Source: an uncultured delta proteobacterium (GTDB lineage Bacteria; Myxococcota_A; Polyangia; Polyangiales; B10-G4). From it: a DNA stretch of 64,000 bases. The stretch covers positions 192,001 through 256,000 of the forward strand of contig CAVSGI010000020.1 in the NCBI GenBank assembly GCA_963727445.1. The letters are read 5' to 3'. Under the pieces are notes generated by a model that saw only the letters and a program-made list of their open reading frames with translations, was not told the origin of the DNA and did no database searches. Below are positions 26,091 through 38,324 of the stretch, in pieces. Both the position numbers and the translations under genes were made by a program. How positions within the stretch are numbered: position 1 is the stretch's first letter; every line of letters starts with the position of its first letter.

Positions 26091-27080
26091 GTGCGACCAC
26101 CGCTTTCGCGGCTGACCACGCGGTCCGGAAAGGAGTTGCCTCCTCTCGTTCTGGGGACCGCTGCGCTCGGTAGCATCGACCCGACCGGCCTCTGGGGCCG
26201 TGGCGAGCGGCGCCGCGCCTTCGAGCTCCTGGACAGCGTCTTCGAAGAAGGCTGCAGGGCGTTCGACCTCGCGCGTTCGTACAAGGTCGGCGGAACAGAG
26301 CGTGTCTTCGGTGAGTGGCTGCGCCGCTCCGGTGTTCGCGAAGAGATCTTCATCCTGTCGAAGGCAGGCCATCCCTTCCCGGTGATCGCGCCGAATCGCC
26401 TGGGAACGCCTGCGCTCGAGCAGGACCTCTTCACGACCCTGCGGCTCCTGGGCGTCGAATATGTCGACTCGTGGATGCTGCACCGGGACCACGAAGAGGT
26501 GGCGCTCTCCCGCCTCGCCGCCGACCTCGCGCGTTTCGCCGCGGAGGGATTCACGCGTTTCACTGGTGTCTCCAACTGGACCTTCGAGCGCATCACCAGT
26601 CTGGAGGACGCGTCTGCGCACTCGGTGGTGCACGCGTCGAGCCCTCAGTTCTCGCTGGCTGCCTGGAAGGCCTCTCCGTGGCAGGGGTGCTGGAGCATTT
26701 CGGGGCGCAAGCATCGTTACGAACGGCGGCAGTACGCGAGGGCTTCGATGCCCGTCTTCGCCTATTGCGCGCTCGGTCAGGGCTTCCTTACGAGCAAGCG
26801 TGGCCGCGCGCAGCGCGGTCCGTTTCATCAGCGCGCCAGTGTCGAACAGCGTCAGCGTTGTGCCGACCTGGCGAGTCGCCGCGGAACGACGACGGCACAA
26901 GTGGCGCTCGCGTACCTGCTGAACCAACCATTTCCCGTGTTTCCGATCGTCGGTGTGAGTCGTCGGGGACGCATGCGGGAGAATCTGGAGGCCGTGGCGA
27001 TCGAGCTGAGCAGCGAGGAGCTGGCCTGGCTGGAGGATGCGGCGCGGCCGCTGGAGCACGTGCACGAGGTTCGAACGTGA
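26091..27080 (+). CDS. Aldo/keto reductase (start approximate)
   Basis: LVLGT, FDLARSY, ILSKAGHP, YVDSWMLHRD, GVSNW, AQVALAYLLNQPFPVFPIVG. Confidence 0.88.
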   Translation: MRPPLSRLTTRSGKELPPLVLGTAALGSIDPTGLWGRGERRRAFELLDSVFEEGCRAFDLARSYKVGGTERVFGEWLRRSGVREEIFILSKAGHPFPVIAPNRLGTPALEQDLFTTLRLLGVEYVDSWMLHRDHEEVALSRLAADLARFAAEGFTRFTGVSNWTFERITSLEDASAHSVVHASSPQFSLAAWKASPWQGCWSISGRKHRYERRQYARASMPVFAYCALGQGFLTSKRGRAQRGPFHQRASVEQRQRCADLASRRGTTTAQVALAYLLNQPFPVFPIVGVSRRGRMRENLEAVAIELSSEELAWLEDAARPLEHVHEVRT

Positions 27081-28732
27081 AGGCTTCCGCCCGAGGGTCC
27101 AACCGCGAGTGGGATGCGATCGTCGTCGGCTCGGGCGCGACCGGAGGCGTGGCCGCCAAGGCGCTCGCGGAGCGCGGCCTGAGCGTGCTGGTGTTGGAAG
27201 CGGGCAAGCCGGTGGACGCCGCAAAGGGCTACGGGAATGGCGTGAAGAACACGGCGCGGCAGCTGCTTCGCCGCGTCGTGACGAAGCGCCAGACCGTCCA
27301 ATCGCGTCACGCCACTTACTGGACGACCAATCCCGACTTCTTCGTCGATGATGTCGACAACCCCTACAGCGCCCCACCGGACAGGCCTTTCTACTGGGTC
27401 CGTGGTCGTGTTCAGGGCGGGCGCACGCTCACCTGGGACGGCGTGACCCCCCGGCTCTCCGACTACGAGTTTCACGCAGCCTCCCGGGACGGCGTCGGTA
27501 TCGACTGGCCCATCGGGCACGCGGACCTCGCACCCTACTACGAGCGCCTCGAGCGCTACTTCGGGATCCACGGACACCGGGATGGCCTGGCGGCGATCCC
27601 GGACGGTGCGTTCGTCGGAGAGAAAGCGCTCACCGAAGCCGAGCGGGTGTTTCAACGGCGGGTCGCCGAGGAGATGCCCGAACGCCACGTCGTCGTCTCA
27701 CGAGGGATCGCCGCGGGGCGCCGGCCACCGAAGCGGCGCCAGCACTCGGGCTTGTCGAACCTCTCCACCACGTTGCGCGATGCGGCGAAGACCGGGCGCG
27801 CCGAGCTCCTCACCGGGGCCATCGCCAGCCGGATCCTGCTCTCCTCCGACGGGAACCGGGCTGCCGGTGTGGAGTGGGTCGATGCGGATTCCCGCACGGT
27901 TCACGCCTCACATGCCTCGCTCGTCTTTCTCTGCGCTTCCACCATCGAATCCGTTCGATTGCTCCTCAACTCGCATACCAACCAGCACCCGAACGGGATC
28001 GGCGGATCCTCCGGCCATCTGGGCCGGTACTTGATGGATCATGTGGCCTGCAACCTCTACTTCCAACTTCCGGACGTGGCTGCCAGCGGAAGAGCGCATC
28101 CACTGCAAGGGAGCGACGCCTTTCTGGTGCCCCGTTTTCAGAATCTGGGCGATCAGGACAGCGACCATCTCCGAGGCTACGGAATGTGGGGCGGGATCGA
28201 GCGCATCTTCATGCCTCAGTTCGTGCGCAGGCTGCCCGGAGAGGCGTTCGGTTTCATCGTGGCGCGCGGAGAGGTGCTGCCGCATCCCGACAATCGAATC
28301 GAGATCGATGCCGAGCTCGAAGACGCGTGGGGCATCCCCGCGGTGCGCATCGACTGCGAGTGGAAGGAAAACGATCGCCGCGTGGCGGCGGCCGCACGTC
28401 GAACCGCGATCGAGATGATCGAAGCCGCAGGGGGAGAGGTCGCCAACATCGGCGAGTGGGTTCACCCGACGGTGGGGAACGTCTTGTCGCGCGTGCTCCA
28501 CGAGTGGCGCGTGTCCACGCCGGGTCTCTTCGCACACGAGTTGGGCGGTGCCCGAATGGGAAGCTCGAGGGAGGACTCGGTGGTCGACCGCAATTGCGCC
28601 GTCTGGGACGTGCCGAATCTCTTCGTCACCGATGGCGCCTGTTGGCCGTCCTCGGGGTGGCAGAATCCGACGCTGACCGAGATGGCCGTCACCGCCCGGG
28701 CGGTCGACCTGGCGGCGGCCGCGCGTCCCTGA
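27077..28732 (+). CDS. GMC family FAD oxidoreductase
   Basis: DAIVVGSGATGG, GGRTLTW, LGRYLMDH, HELGGARMG, NLFVTDGA, QNPTLTEMA; GTGA overlap with the AKR gene. Confidence 0.92.
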   Translation: MKASARGSNREWDAIVVGSGATGGVAAKALAERGLSVLVLEAGKPVDAAKGYGNGVKNTARQLLRRVVTKRQTVQSRHATYWTTNPDFFVDDVDNPYSAPPDRPFYWVRGRVQGGRTLTWDGVTPRLSDYEFHAASRDGVGIDWPIGHADLAPYYERLERYFGIHGHRDGLAAIPDGAFVGEKALTEAERVFQRRVAEEMPERHVVVSRGIAAGRRPPKRRQHSGLSNLSTTLRDAAKTGRAELLTGAIASRILLSSDGNRAAGVEWVDADSRTVHASHASLVFLCASTIESVRLLLNSHTNQHPNGIGGSSGHLGRYLMDHVACNLYFQLPDVAASGRAHPLQGSDAFLVPRFQNLGDQDSDHLRGYGMWGGIERIFMPQFVRRLPGEAFGFIVARGEVLPHPDNRIEIDAELEDAWGIPAVRIDCEWKENDRRVAAAARRTAIEMIEAAGGEVANIGEWVHPTVGNVLSRVLHEWRVSTPGLFAHELGGARMGSSREDSVVDRNCAVWDVPNLFVTDGACWPSSGWQNPTLTEMAVTARAVDLAAAARP

Positions 28733-28737
28733 GCCGC

Positions 28738-29694
28738 TCAGAGGCCGAGCTCGCGCATCTTGCGCCAGAGCGTGGTGCGACTCATGCCGAGGCGTGTGGC
28801 CGCCTCGCCCTTTCGTCCGCCGGTCGCGTCGAGGGCCTCGAGAATGCGTGCGCGCTCGCGAGAGGCAGGAGACTCGCTGCTCGTCCGGCTGTCGGGCGGA
28901 GGTCCTTCGCCGCGGAGCTCCGGCGGTAGATCCGAGATGTCGATCTCCCGGCCCTGTCCAACCGCGAACGCGTAGGACAGCACGTTGCGCAGCTCGCGAA
29001 CGTTGCCCGGCCAGTCGTGTGCCAGGAGCGCGTTCATGGCGCTCGGGGTGAAGCTCTCCATCCGGTGGCTGCTCTCCCGGTTGAGCTCGTCGAGGAAGTG
29101 CCAGGCGAGCGCCTCCACGTCGCCCTCGCGCTCACGCAAGGGCGGCAAGAAGATCGGAACCACGCGGATGCGGTACATGAGGTCGGCGCGGAAGCGGCCG
29201 CGTTCGACCTCGCGCCTCAAGGCGCGATGTGTCGCGCTGACGATGCGAACGTCGACCTCGATCGGGTCGGTCGCGCCCACCGGCACGAAGCGCTTCTCCT
29301 GTAGGACGCGGAGCAGGCGCGCCTGGATATCCGGGTCGATCTCCGCCACCTCGTCGAGAAAGAGCGTCCCCCCATCCGCGCTCTGAAAGAGTCCGACCCG
29401 GTCGCGCACCGCCCCGGTGAACGCGCCGCGCACGTGCCCGAAGAGCTCCGAGGCGAGGAGCTCGGGCGTCAGCGTCGCGCAGTTGACGGCCTTGAAGGGG
29501 GCGCGGCTGCGCGGGGACAGCTCGTGGATGGCGCGGGCGACAAGCTCCTTGCCAGTGCCCGTCTCTCCACGCACCAACACCGCCGCGTCGGATTGAGCGA
29601 CCCGGCCGATGAGCTCGAAGAGCTCCAGCATCGCGGGCGCACGGCTGACCATGCCGTGGAAGAAGGTGAGAGAGGGACGGGGACGTTTCGTCAT
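28738..29694 (-). CDS. Sigma-54 enhancer-binding protein lacking a sensory domain (AAA+ and Fis HTH only)
   Basis: AAA+ begins ~12 aa after the start; [42 protein letters not shown]. Confidence 0.92.
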   Translation of the reverse strand: MTKRPRPSLTFFHGMVSRAPAMLELFELIGRVAQSDAAVLVRGETGTGKELVARAIHELSPRSRAPFKAVNCATLTPELLASELFGHVRGAFTGAVRDRVGLFQSADGGTLFLDEVAEIDPDIQARLLRVLQEKRFVPVGATDPIEVDVRIVSATHRALRREVERGRFRADLMYRIRVVPIFLPPLREREGDVEALAWHFLDELNRESSHRMESFTPSAMNALLAHDWPGNVRELRNVLSYAFAVGQGREIDISDLPPELRGEGPPPDSRTSSESPASRERARILEALDATGGRKGEAATRLGMSRTTLWRKMRELGL

Positions 29695-29696
29695 GT

Positions 29697-29801
29697 TGCA
29701 ACGATGTTGCGACAACATGAAACGGATGGGTGCGTCGGTCAACCTGACGTACTGAAATCATTTTGAAAAATGCTCAACAAGGCGGTGGCCCGGCATGTGC
29801 T
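29697..29801 (+). promoter_or_regulatory. Sigma-54 promoter with upstream activator boxes for the pdo-molybdoenzyme operon
   Basis: TGGCCCGGCATGTGCT (GG-N10-GC) at 29786-29801; TGCAACG 29697, palindrome ATGTTG-N3-CAACAT 29704-29718, TGAAACG 29718; AT-rich tract between. Confidence 0.75.
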
Positions 29802-29842
29802 CACCAGTGACCAGGACCCCTCTCCAGAAAAAGGCCAGGCTC

Positions 29843-30552
29843 ATGATCTTCCGCCAGCTCTTCGACCGCGAAACCAGCACCTACACCTATCTCCTGGGTG
29901 ACGAGGAGACCCGCGCAGCCGCCTTGATCGACCCCGTCCTCGAGCAGGTGGAGCGCGACCTTTCGCTCCTGGACGAGCTGGGCCTCAAGCTGACCTACGT
30001 CCTCGAGACGCACGTTCATGCCGACCACGTGACGGCCGCGAGCATCCTGCGCGAGCGCACCGGGGCACGCACGGTGGTCTCGGCCAACGCCGGCGCCGCA
30101 TGTGCCGACGTCACCGCGCACGACGGCGACGTGGTTCGCCTCGGCGGCGTCTCCATCGAGGTGCGGGAGACGCCGGGGCACACGAATGGCTGTCTGACGT
30201 ACGTCACGGCGGACCATCAGTATGCGTTCACCGGTGACGCGCTCTTCATCCGCGGCTGCGGCCGCACGGACTTCCAGGAAGGCGACAGCCGCACGCTCTA
30301 CCGTTCCGTTCACGACAAGATCTTCACGCTCCCCGACAGCTGCGCCATCTACCCCGGACACGACTACAAGGGGCGCACCCGTAGCAGCGTCGGCGAGGAG
30401 AAGCAGTTCAACCCCCGCCTCGGTGGCGAACGCAGCATCGACGACTTCGTCCAGATCATGGACGAGCTGAAGCTCGACCCTCCGAAGCGCATCGCGGTCA
30501 GCGTTCCCGCGAACCAGAACTGCGGTCGGCTCGAGACCGCGAGCCCCGCCCA

Positions 30553-30556
<4 letters not shown>
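29843..30556 (+). CDS. Persulfide dioxygenase, ETHE1-like MBL fold
   Basis: MIFRQLFDRETSTYTYLL, ETHVHADHVT, TPGHTNGC, FTGDALFIRGCGRTDFQ, YPGHDYKG, C-terminal VPANQNCG. Confidence 0.9.
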
Positions 30557-32232
<1,676 letters not shown>

Positions 32233-32240
32233 GGCCCCCC

Positions 32241-35210
32241 ATGAGCTCCACCGCCTCCACACTCGACTTCTTCGCGCGTCTCTTGCGCTTCTCGCGCACC
32301 GAGGTGCCGGCGGAAAAGACCGCTCCGGCGCCCACGGCCGACGTCATGCCTCAGCCCGAGTATGCCAAGACCGGAAAGAAGCCGGTCCGACTCGAGACCA
32401 TCCGACAGGCGGACGGACGCATCAGTCAGTATCCGCCCCCGTCGTCCTGGGACGAGTGGGTCGAGTGGGATTCGAAGTCCTGGCCCAAGAAGGTCGCGCG
32501 GCGCTACACGCTGGTTCCCACCATCTGCTTCAACTGCGAGAGCGGTTGCGGCCTGCTCGCCTACGTCGACAAAGACACCTACGACATCCGCAAGTTCGAA
32601 GGGAACCCCGCCCACCCGGGCAGCCGCGGGCGCAACTGTGCGAAGGGCCCCGCGACCCACAACCAGACCTACGACCCCGAGCGCATCCTCCACCCGCTGA
32701 AGCGCGTGGGTGAGCGAGGCGAGGGCAAGTGGAAGCGCGTGAGCTGGGACGAGGCGCTGACCGATATCGCCGCCAAGATGCGCGCCAGTCGCGAGAAGCG
32801 TCGCGACGGCATCATGTATCACGTCGGTCGTCCCGGCGAAGATCACTACGCCAACCGCGCGATCCAGAGCTGGGGTGTGGACGGTCACAACAGTCACACC
32901 AACATCTGCTCCGCCTCGGCCCGCGTGGGCTATTACATGTGGAGCGGCGCCGACCGCCCCAGTCCCGACTACGCCAACGCGCGCGCCACCGTGCTGGTGA
33001 GCGCGCACCTCGAGTCGGGCCACTACTTCAACCCGCACGCGCAGCGGATCATGGAAGGCAAGCGCGACGGGGCGAAGCTGATCGTCCTCGACCCGCGCCT
33101 GTCGAACACCGCGGCGCGCGCCGACGTGTGGCTGCCGACCTGGCCCGGGAGCGAAGCCACGGTCCTGCTCTCCATCGCGAGCTACCTCATTCAGAACGAG
33201 CTCTACGATCGAGACTTCGTTCGCAGGTGGGTGAACTGGGAGGACACGCTGAAGGCGGCCGAGTCCTTCGCGGTGGACGACGACGTCGTGGCGATCGCCC
33301 GTGAGGCCCGCGAGCATGCCGAGCAGAGCGGTGAATACCGCTTCGAAGACTTCGAGCGGTTCCTCTCCGCGCTCTACGACGAGTTCACCTTCGAGCGAGC
33401 GGCGGAGGAGTCGCAGGTGCCGGTCGAGCGCCTGCGGGCCGCGGCCGAGGCCATCGCCGAAGCGGGCAACCGCGTCAGTGGCCACACCTGGCGCAGCGCG
33501 ACCATGGGCAACCGCGGCGGCTGGCAGGTGGCGCGCGCGCTCTTCTTCCTCAGCGTGCTCACCGGAAGCGTCAGCACCAAGGGCGGCACCGGCCTGAACA
33601 GCAACAACAAGTTCGTCCCCAAGCCCATCTCCACCCCCGATCAGCTCGATGTGTGGAACGAGCTGCACCTGCCGCACGAGTGGCCGCTCGCGATGTACGA
33701 GATGAGCTTCCTGTTGCCGCACTTCCTGGAGGAGGGGCGCGGCGACGTCGACGTCTACTTCACCCGCGTCTACAACCCGATGTGGATCAACCCCGACGGC
33801 TTCATGTGGATGAAGGCGCTCCGGGACGAATCGAAGATCAAGTGCCACGTCGCGCTCACGCCCACCTGGAACGAGAGCGCGTGGTTCGCCGACTACGTGC
33901 TGCCCATGGGGCACTCCGGCGAGCGGCACGACATCATGAGCCAGGAGACCCACGCCGGGCAGTGGATCGGTTTCCGGCAGCCGGTGCGCCGGGTGGCGAT
34001 GGAGCGCGCCGGCATCCCGGTGAAGCGCACCTACGAAGCCAACCCCGGTGAGGTCTGGGAGGAGTCGGAGCTCTGGATCGATCTGAGCTGGAAGCTCGAC
34101 CCCGACGGGAGCCTCGGCATCCGCCAGCACTTCGAGAGCCGCGAGCGCCCCGGCGAGCCCATCACCATGGACGAGTACTGGGGTCACATCTTCGAGCACA
34201 GCGTGCCGGGTCTGCCCGAGCGCGCGGCCGAGGAAGGTCTCACCCCCCTCGCGTACATGCGGAAGTACGGCGCCTTCGAGGTGAGCCGGGACGTGTACGA
34301 GCCCCACGAATCACGCGCGTCGAGTGACGGCGTCGACATCGACGGGGTCGAGCGCCAGGGTTTCAAGACGCCGAGCAAGAAGCTAGAGCTCTTCAGCCCG
34401 ACCCTCTCCGAGTGGGGCTGGCCCGAGCAGCAGTACGTCATCCCGTGGACGCTCGAGAGCCACGTGGCGCGCTCCAACATCGCCCAGGACGAGGGCGAGA
34501 TGCTGCTCCTTCCCACCTTCCGCCTGCCCACCCTGATCCACACCCGCTCCGCAAACGCGAAGTGGCTCTACGAGATCAGCCACAAGAACCCGGTGTGGAT
34601 GCATCCGAAAGATGCGGAGCGCCTCGGCGTGCAGACCGGCGATCTGATCCGGGTGACCACCGAGATCGGCTACTTCGTCGATCGTGCCTGGGTGACCGAG
34701 GGCATCAAGCCCGGGATCATCGCCATGAGCCATCACCTGGGGCGCTGGCGCCTCAAGGAGGGTGATGGCATCGGCGCCGGGATGAGCAACCTGGTGACAC
34801 TCGAAGAACGCGAGGGCGAGCACGAGCTCCACGTCGTCCACGGCGCCCGCGCGTGGAAGTCGCCCGACCCGGACACCAGCCGCGTGTGGTGGGAGGACGT
34901 CGGCGTCCATCAGAACCTCACTCACGCGGTGCATCCCGATCCGGTGAGCGGTGCCCACTGCTGGCACCAGAAGGCGCTCCGGGTGGAGAAGGCGAAGCCC
35001 AGCGACCGTCACGGTGACGTGTCGGTCGACACCAAGCGCTCGATGGCGGTCTATCGCGAGTGGCTGGCCCTCGCGCGCTCCGCGGTGGATCATTCTCCCG
35101 ACGGGACGCGCCGGCCGTACTGGCTGAAGCGGCCGCTGAAGCCGACCAAGAAGGCGTACGCGCTCCCCGCCCATCCCTGGGGCCGCGAGCCCCGCGCCGA
35201 GAGCGAATAG
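32241..35210 (+). CDS. Mo/W-bisPGD oxidoreductase catalytic subunit (Psr/Phs/Arr-like, Cys ligand), no Tat signal
   Basis: CFNCESGC...NCAKG FS0 motif, SWDEAL, HNSHTNICS, DPRLSNTA, ADYVLP, VWMHPKDAERLGVQTGD. Confidence 0.9.
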   Translation: MSSTASTLDFFARLLRFSRTEVPAEKTAPAPTADVMPQPEYAKTGKKPVRLETIRQADGRISQYPPPSSWDEWVEWDSKSWPKKVARRYTLVPTICFNCESGCGLLAYVDKDTYDIRKFEGNPAHPGSRGRNCAKGPATHNQTYDPERILHPLKRVGERGEGKWKRVSWDEALTDIAAKMRASREKRRDGIMYHVGRPGEDHYANRAIQSWGVDGHNSHTNICSASARVGYYMWSGADRPSPDYANARATVLVSAHLESGHYFNPHAQRIMEGKRDGAKLIVLDPRLSNTAARADVWLPTWPGSEATVLLSIASYLIQNELYDRDFVRRWVNWEDTLKAAESFAVDDDVVAIAREAREHAEQSGEYRFEDFERFLSALYDEFTFERAAEESQVPVERLRAAAEAIAEAGNRVSGHTWRSATMGNRGGWQVARALFFLSVLTGSVSTKGGTGLNSNNKFVPKPISTPDQLDVWNELHLPHEWPLAMYEMSFLLPHFLEEGRGDVDVYFTRVYNPMWINPDGFMWMKALRDESKIKCHVALTPTWNESAWFADYVLPMGHSGERHDIMSQETHAGQWIGFRQPVRRVAMERAGIPVKRTYEANPGEVWEESELWIDLSWKLDPDGSLGIRQHFESRERPGEPITMDEYWGHIFEHSVPGLPERAAEEGLTPLAYMRKYGAFEVSRDVYEPHESRASSDGVDIDGVERQGFKTPSKKLELFSPTLSEWGWPEQQYVIPWTLESHVARSNIAQDEGEMLLLPTFRLPTLIHTRSANAKWLYEISHKNPVWMHPKDAERLGVQTGDLIRVTTEIGYFVDRAWVTEGIKPGIIAMSHHLGRWRLKEGDGIGAGMSNLVTLEEREGEHELHVVHGARAWKSPDPDTSRVWWEDVGVHQNLTHAVHPDPVSGAHCWHQKALRVEKAKPSDRHGDVSVDTKRSMAVYREWLALARSAVDHSPDGTRRPYWLKRPLKPTKKAYALPAHPWGREPRAESE

Positions 35211-36206
35211 ATGCTTTCCGACGCGGAAAAGGCCTGGGGGCGCGGCCGAGCGTACGCGCTGCTCGCCGAGCTGGTGGCGCGCGGTATCACCGAGGCGAAC
35301 GCCGAGGCCGCCCGCGCGAGCGACGGCATCGCGCAGGCGCTGTCGAGCTATCCGAACGCCGACGACGCAGCGGCTGACCATCACTTCGTCTTCGGGCTCT
35401 CGGTCCCGCCGCAGGAGGGCGCGTTCCTCGATGCGCGTGGCGAGGTGGGCGGTTCGCTCACCGACCGCCTCCGGGACGCCTACGCCGAGCTCGGCGTGGC
35501 CCACGACCCGCGGGGGGAGGGCGCCGAGCACCTCGCCACTGAGCTTCGCGCGCTCGGCTTCGCGTCGGCGACCGAAGCCGTGCACCTCGATCAAGAGCGA
35601 AGCGCCGAGGCTGCTGAGATGCGCGCCCGCGCGCGCCGCTTCCTCGACCGGCACCTCTTGCGATGGCTGCCCAGCTTCGCAGCGACGGTCCGAAGCACGG
35701 CGCGCCCCTTCCCAGAGGCCGTCGTGGCCCAGATCGTCGACGTGGTTTACGACCACCGGAGCGAGCTGGGCGCCGCCGACGAGGAGGATCTCGACTTCGC
35801 CCTGGCCGGCGACCCTCTCGACCTCGACGACGATTCGGTCGGCGTTCGAGAGATCGCCGCCGCGCTCTCCGTGCCCGCGCGCGTGGGCCTCTTGGTCAGC
35901 CGAGAGGACGTCGCCGCCGTCGGCCGGCGCCATCGCGTGCCGCGCGGCTTCGGCGAGCGACGCACCTTGATCCACAACCTGCTCCGCTCGTCGGTTTCAC
36001 TCGGTGCCTTCGCGCCCACCATCGACGAGCTGCGCGCACTGCTCGCCTCCCGCAGCCACGCGCTCGAAGACGCGCGCAACGCGCAGGTGCCTGGCCTCGC
36101 GCGCCTCACCGCGCCTTGGATCGCACGCATCCAGAACACCGACGCGGCCCTCGCCCGTCTCGCGAACGAGAGCCTCGCATCGCAGCGGCCATCCACCGCG
36201 CCATGA
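35211..36206 (+). CDS. TorD/DmsD family maturation chaperone with a C-terminal extension
   Basis: VPPQEGAF, AEHLATELRAL (DH-motif variant), RRFLDRHLLRWLPSF; starts directly after the molybdoenzyme stop. Confidence 0.8.
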   Translation: MLSDAEKAWGRGRAYALLAELVARGITEANAEAARASDGIAQALSSYPNADDAAADHHFVFGLSVPPQEGAFLDARGEVGGSLTDRLRDAYAELGVAHDPRGEGAEHLATELRALGFASATEAVHLDQERSAEAAEMRARARRFLDRHLLRWLPSFAATVRSTARPFPEAVVAQIVDVVYDHRSELGAADEEDLDFALAGDPLDLDDDSVGVREIAAALSVPARVGLLVSREDVAAVGRRHRVPRGFGERRTLIHNLLRSSVSLGAFAPTIDELRALLASRSHALEDARNAQVPGLARLTAPWIARIQNTDAALARLANESLASQRPSTAP

Positions 36207-36279
36207 CCTCCGCGGTCGCCGACTCTCACCGAAACGGTCCGGGCTGAAGGTTCACCCGGTGGAAACAGCGCCATCCGGC

Positions 36280-36353
36280 TGAAACGGAGCGCGTCTCAGC
36301 CCGTTTCGAGGTCCGTGGAAATCAGCCCCTTTTCTCCTGGCATGCGGGGTGCA
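36280..36353 (+). promoter_or_regulatory. Sigma-54 promoter of the second MBL/PDO gene
   Basis: TGGCATGCGGGGTGCA (GG-N10-GC) at 36338-36353; TGAAACG at 36280; IHF-like AATCAGCCCCTTT at 36320. Confidence 0.72.
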
Positions 36354-36379
36354 CATGTCAGGGGATGAGGAGACGCCCC

Positions 36380-37252
36380 ATGAACGTCAAAGCATTCTTC
36401 GATGCCCCCACCTGGACGGTCACTTACGTCGTCTGGGATCCCGAAACGAAGGACGCGGTCATCATCGACCCGGTGTTGGGCTACGACACGATCGGGTCGC
36501 AGACCGACCACGCGCAGATCGAGACGCTGGTCTCCTTCGCCCGAGACAACGGCCTCAGGGTACGTTTCGTCCTCGAGACGCACGCGCACGCCGACCATCT
36601 CACCGCTGCCCAACACCTCAAGCGCCGACTCGAGGCAGAGGTGGCCATCGGCGAGCGGATCACCACGGTGCAGAAGACGTTCAAGAAGATCTTCGATCTG
36701 CCGGAGGACTTCCCGACGGATGGAAGCCAGTTCGACCGGCTCCTCGGCGATGGGGAGGTGCTCGAGGCAGGCAGCCTTCGCATCGAGACGATCCATACGC
36801 CGGGGCACACGCCGGCCTGTGTGACCTACAAGATCGACGACGCGATCTTCACGGGTGACGCGCTCTTCATGCATGACTACGGCACCGGGCGTTGCGACTT
36901 CCCGGCTGGAAGCGCCTCCGATCTCTACGACTCGATCCAGAAGCTCTACGCGCTTCCCGACGAGACGCGCGTCTTCGTCGGTCACGACTACGCGCCCGGT
37001 GGCCGCGAGCCCGCATGGGAGACGACCATCAGCCGCGAGAGGGCCGAGAATCCACAGCTGAACGGTACCACGACGAAGGAGCAGTTCGTGCGGATGCGCG
37101 AGGCGCGGGACGCGACCCTCAAGGCGCCCCGCCTCATCTTCCAGAGCGTGCAGGTCAACGTGGACGCCGGGCGCCTCCCCACGCCTGCGGGCAACGGTCG
37201 CCGCTACCTGAAGCTGCCCATCAACCTCTTCGGAGGCCCCGAAGAGGTCTGA
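36380..37252 (+). CDS. Persulfide dioxygenase, Blh/type II-like MBL fold
   Basis: [50 protein letters not shown]...[20 protein letters not shown]. Confidence 0.9.
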   Translation: MNVKAFFDAPTWTVTYVVWDPETKDAVIIDPVLGYDTIGSQTDHAQIETLVSFARDNGLRVRFVLETHAHADHLTAAQHLKRRLEAEVAIGERITTVQKTFKKIFDLPEDFPTDGSQFDRLLGDGEVLEAGSLRIETIHTPGHTPACVTYKIDDAIFTGDALFMHDYGTGRCDFPAGSASDLYDSIQKLYALPDETRVFVGHDYAPGGREPAWETTISRERAENPQLNGTTTKEQFVRMREARDATLKAPRLIFQSVQVNVDAGRLPTPAGNGRRYLKLPINLFGGPEEV

Positions 37253-37291
37253 GACAACCCCGCGTTCACCGGGGCGGGTTATGCTGCGCGG

Positions 37292-38296
37292 GTGAAGTGG
37301 GGGATGGGCTCTGTGGCGCTCGTGCTATTCGCGGCCGTTTCGGCGGCGGCGCAACCCCGGCAGATCACCGCGCGCGGCGACATGCTGATGTGCGAGTCAT
37401 CCGGCTGTACGGCGGCGGGTGCGCCTTGCCCATATGGCGTGGGAGAAGGCACCTGCGACGCGCCGGTCGGCGATGCGTTGCTCTGCATCGGCGCCGGTCA
37501 CACCACGGAGCCGCAGTGCTGCACCACCGATTCCGAATGTCCATCGACATCGCAGTGCTGGCATGTCGATGGCGAAGACTTCGGCGTGTGCCTCGGCCCA
37601 GACAGCCCACCGCTGACCTTCTGCGCCGACCCATCGGCGCTCACCTCGCTCGATCTCGTTCGGTGCCGCGACGGCACATACGCATCGACATACGACTGGG
37701 GACACGGCGATTGTGACGGTGACGGGATGCCGAACACCGACGACCCCATGCCCTGCGAGGGCACACCAATCTGCGCATGTGACGCCGACGTCGTGAAGGA
37801 TCCCTCTTCCCCATATCAGGTGAACCTCACGGACGTGGGGGCGTTCAGCGTGTGCCTTCGCGACCCGACCTCCCCCGACTGCATGGGAACCGACGTCAAC
37901 TGCGACGGCGAGATCGACCTCTGCGATGCGGCCATCGTCGCCCAGGTGATGGCTCGCGGCTACACTCAGCCCGAGCCCTTCCTCTGTGCGCAGATCGAAT
38001 GTGGAGGTTGCGAGACCAGCGATGGGTGCGTGCGAACGAGCCAGGACTACTGCACGCGGAGCCTGATGGGCACCTACCGCCCGCGCTGCCGAGCCCCAGC
38101 CGATGGCGGCACCGACGCGTCCGTCGCGGACTCTGGCGCTGCCGACACGCGTCGTGGTTCCGACGCGGAGCCCGCGACCTTCCGGGGGGCCGGAGGCTGC
38201 GCATGTCGTCTCGGGGCTCGCGACCAGAACCCCGCCGGCCCGGCGCTCTTCCTGGTCCTCCTCCTCGTCGCCCTCCGGTTGCGCAAAACTGCCTGA
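37292..38296 (+). CDS. Secreted Cys-rich protein with Ca-binding-like motifs and a MYXO-CTERM-like tail
   Basis: Signal peptide; DCDGDGMPNTDD, DVNCDGEIDLCD; FRGAGGCAC + hydrophobic helix + RLRK. Confidence 0.75.
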   Translation: MKWGMGSVALVLFAAVSAAAQPRQITARGDMLMCESSGCTAAGAPCPYGVGEGTCDAPVGDALLCIGAGHTTEPQCCTTDSECPSTSQCWHVDGEDFGVCLGPDSPPLTFCADPSALTSLDLVRCRDGTYASTYDWGHGDCDGDGMPNTDDPMPCEGTPICACDADVVKDPSSPYQVNLTDVGAFSVCLRDPTSPDCMGTDVNCDGEIDLCDAAIVAQVMARGYTQPEPFLCAQIECGGCETSDGCVRTSQDYCTRSLMGTYRPRCRAPADGGTDASVADSGAADTRRGSDAEPATFRGAGGCACRLGARDQNPAGPALFLVLLLVALRLRKTA

Positions 38297-38324
38297 GCCG
38301 CGGCGCCTTCATTAGACTGGCGCC

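Noticed and set aside
32241..32320. Tat signal on the molybdoenzyme
   Set aside because: No RR pair and no hydrophobic h-region; the RRRRR in the ORF-track extension lies inside the upstream gene
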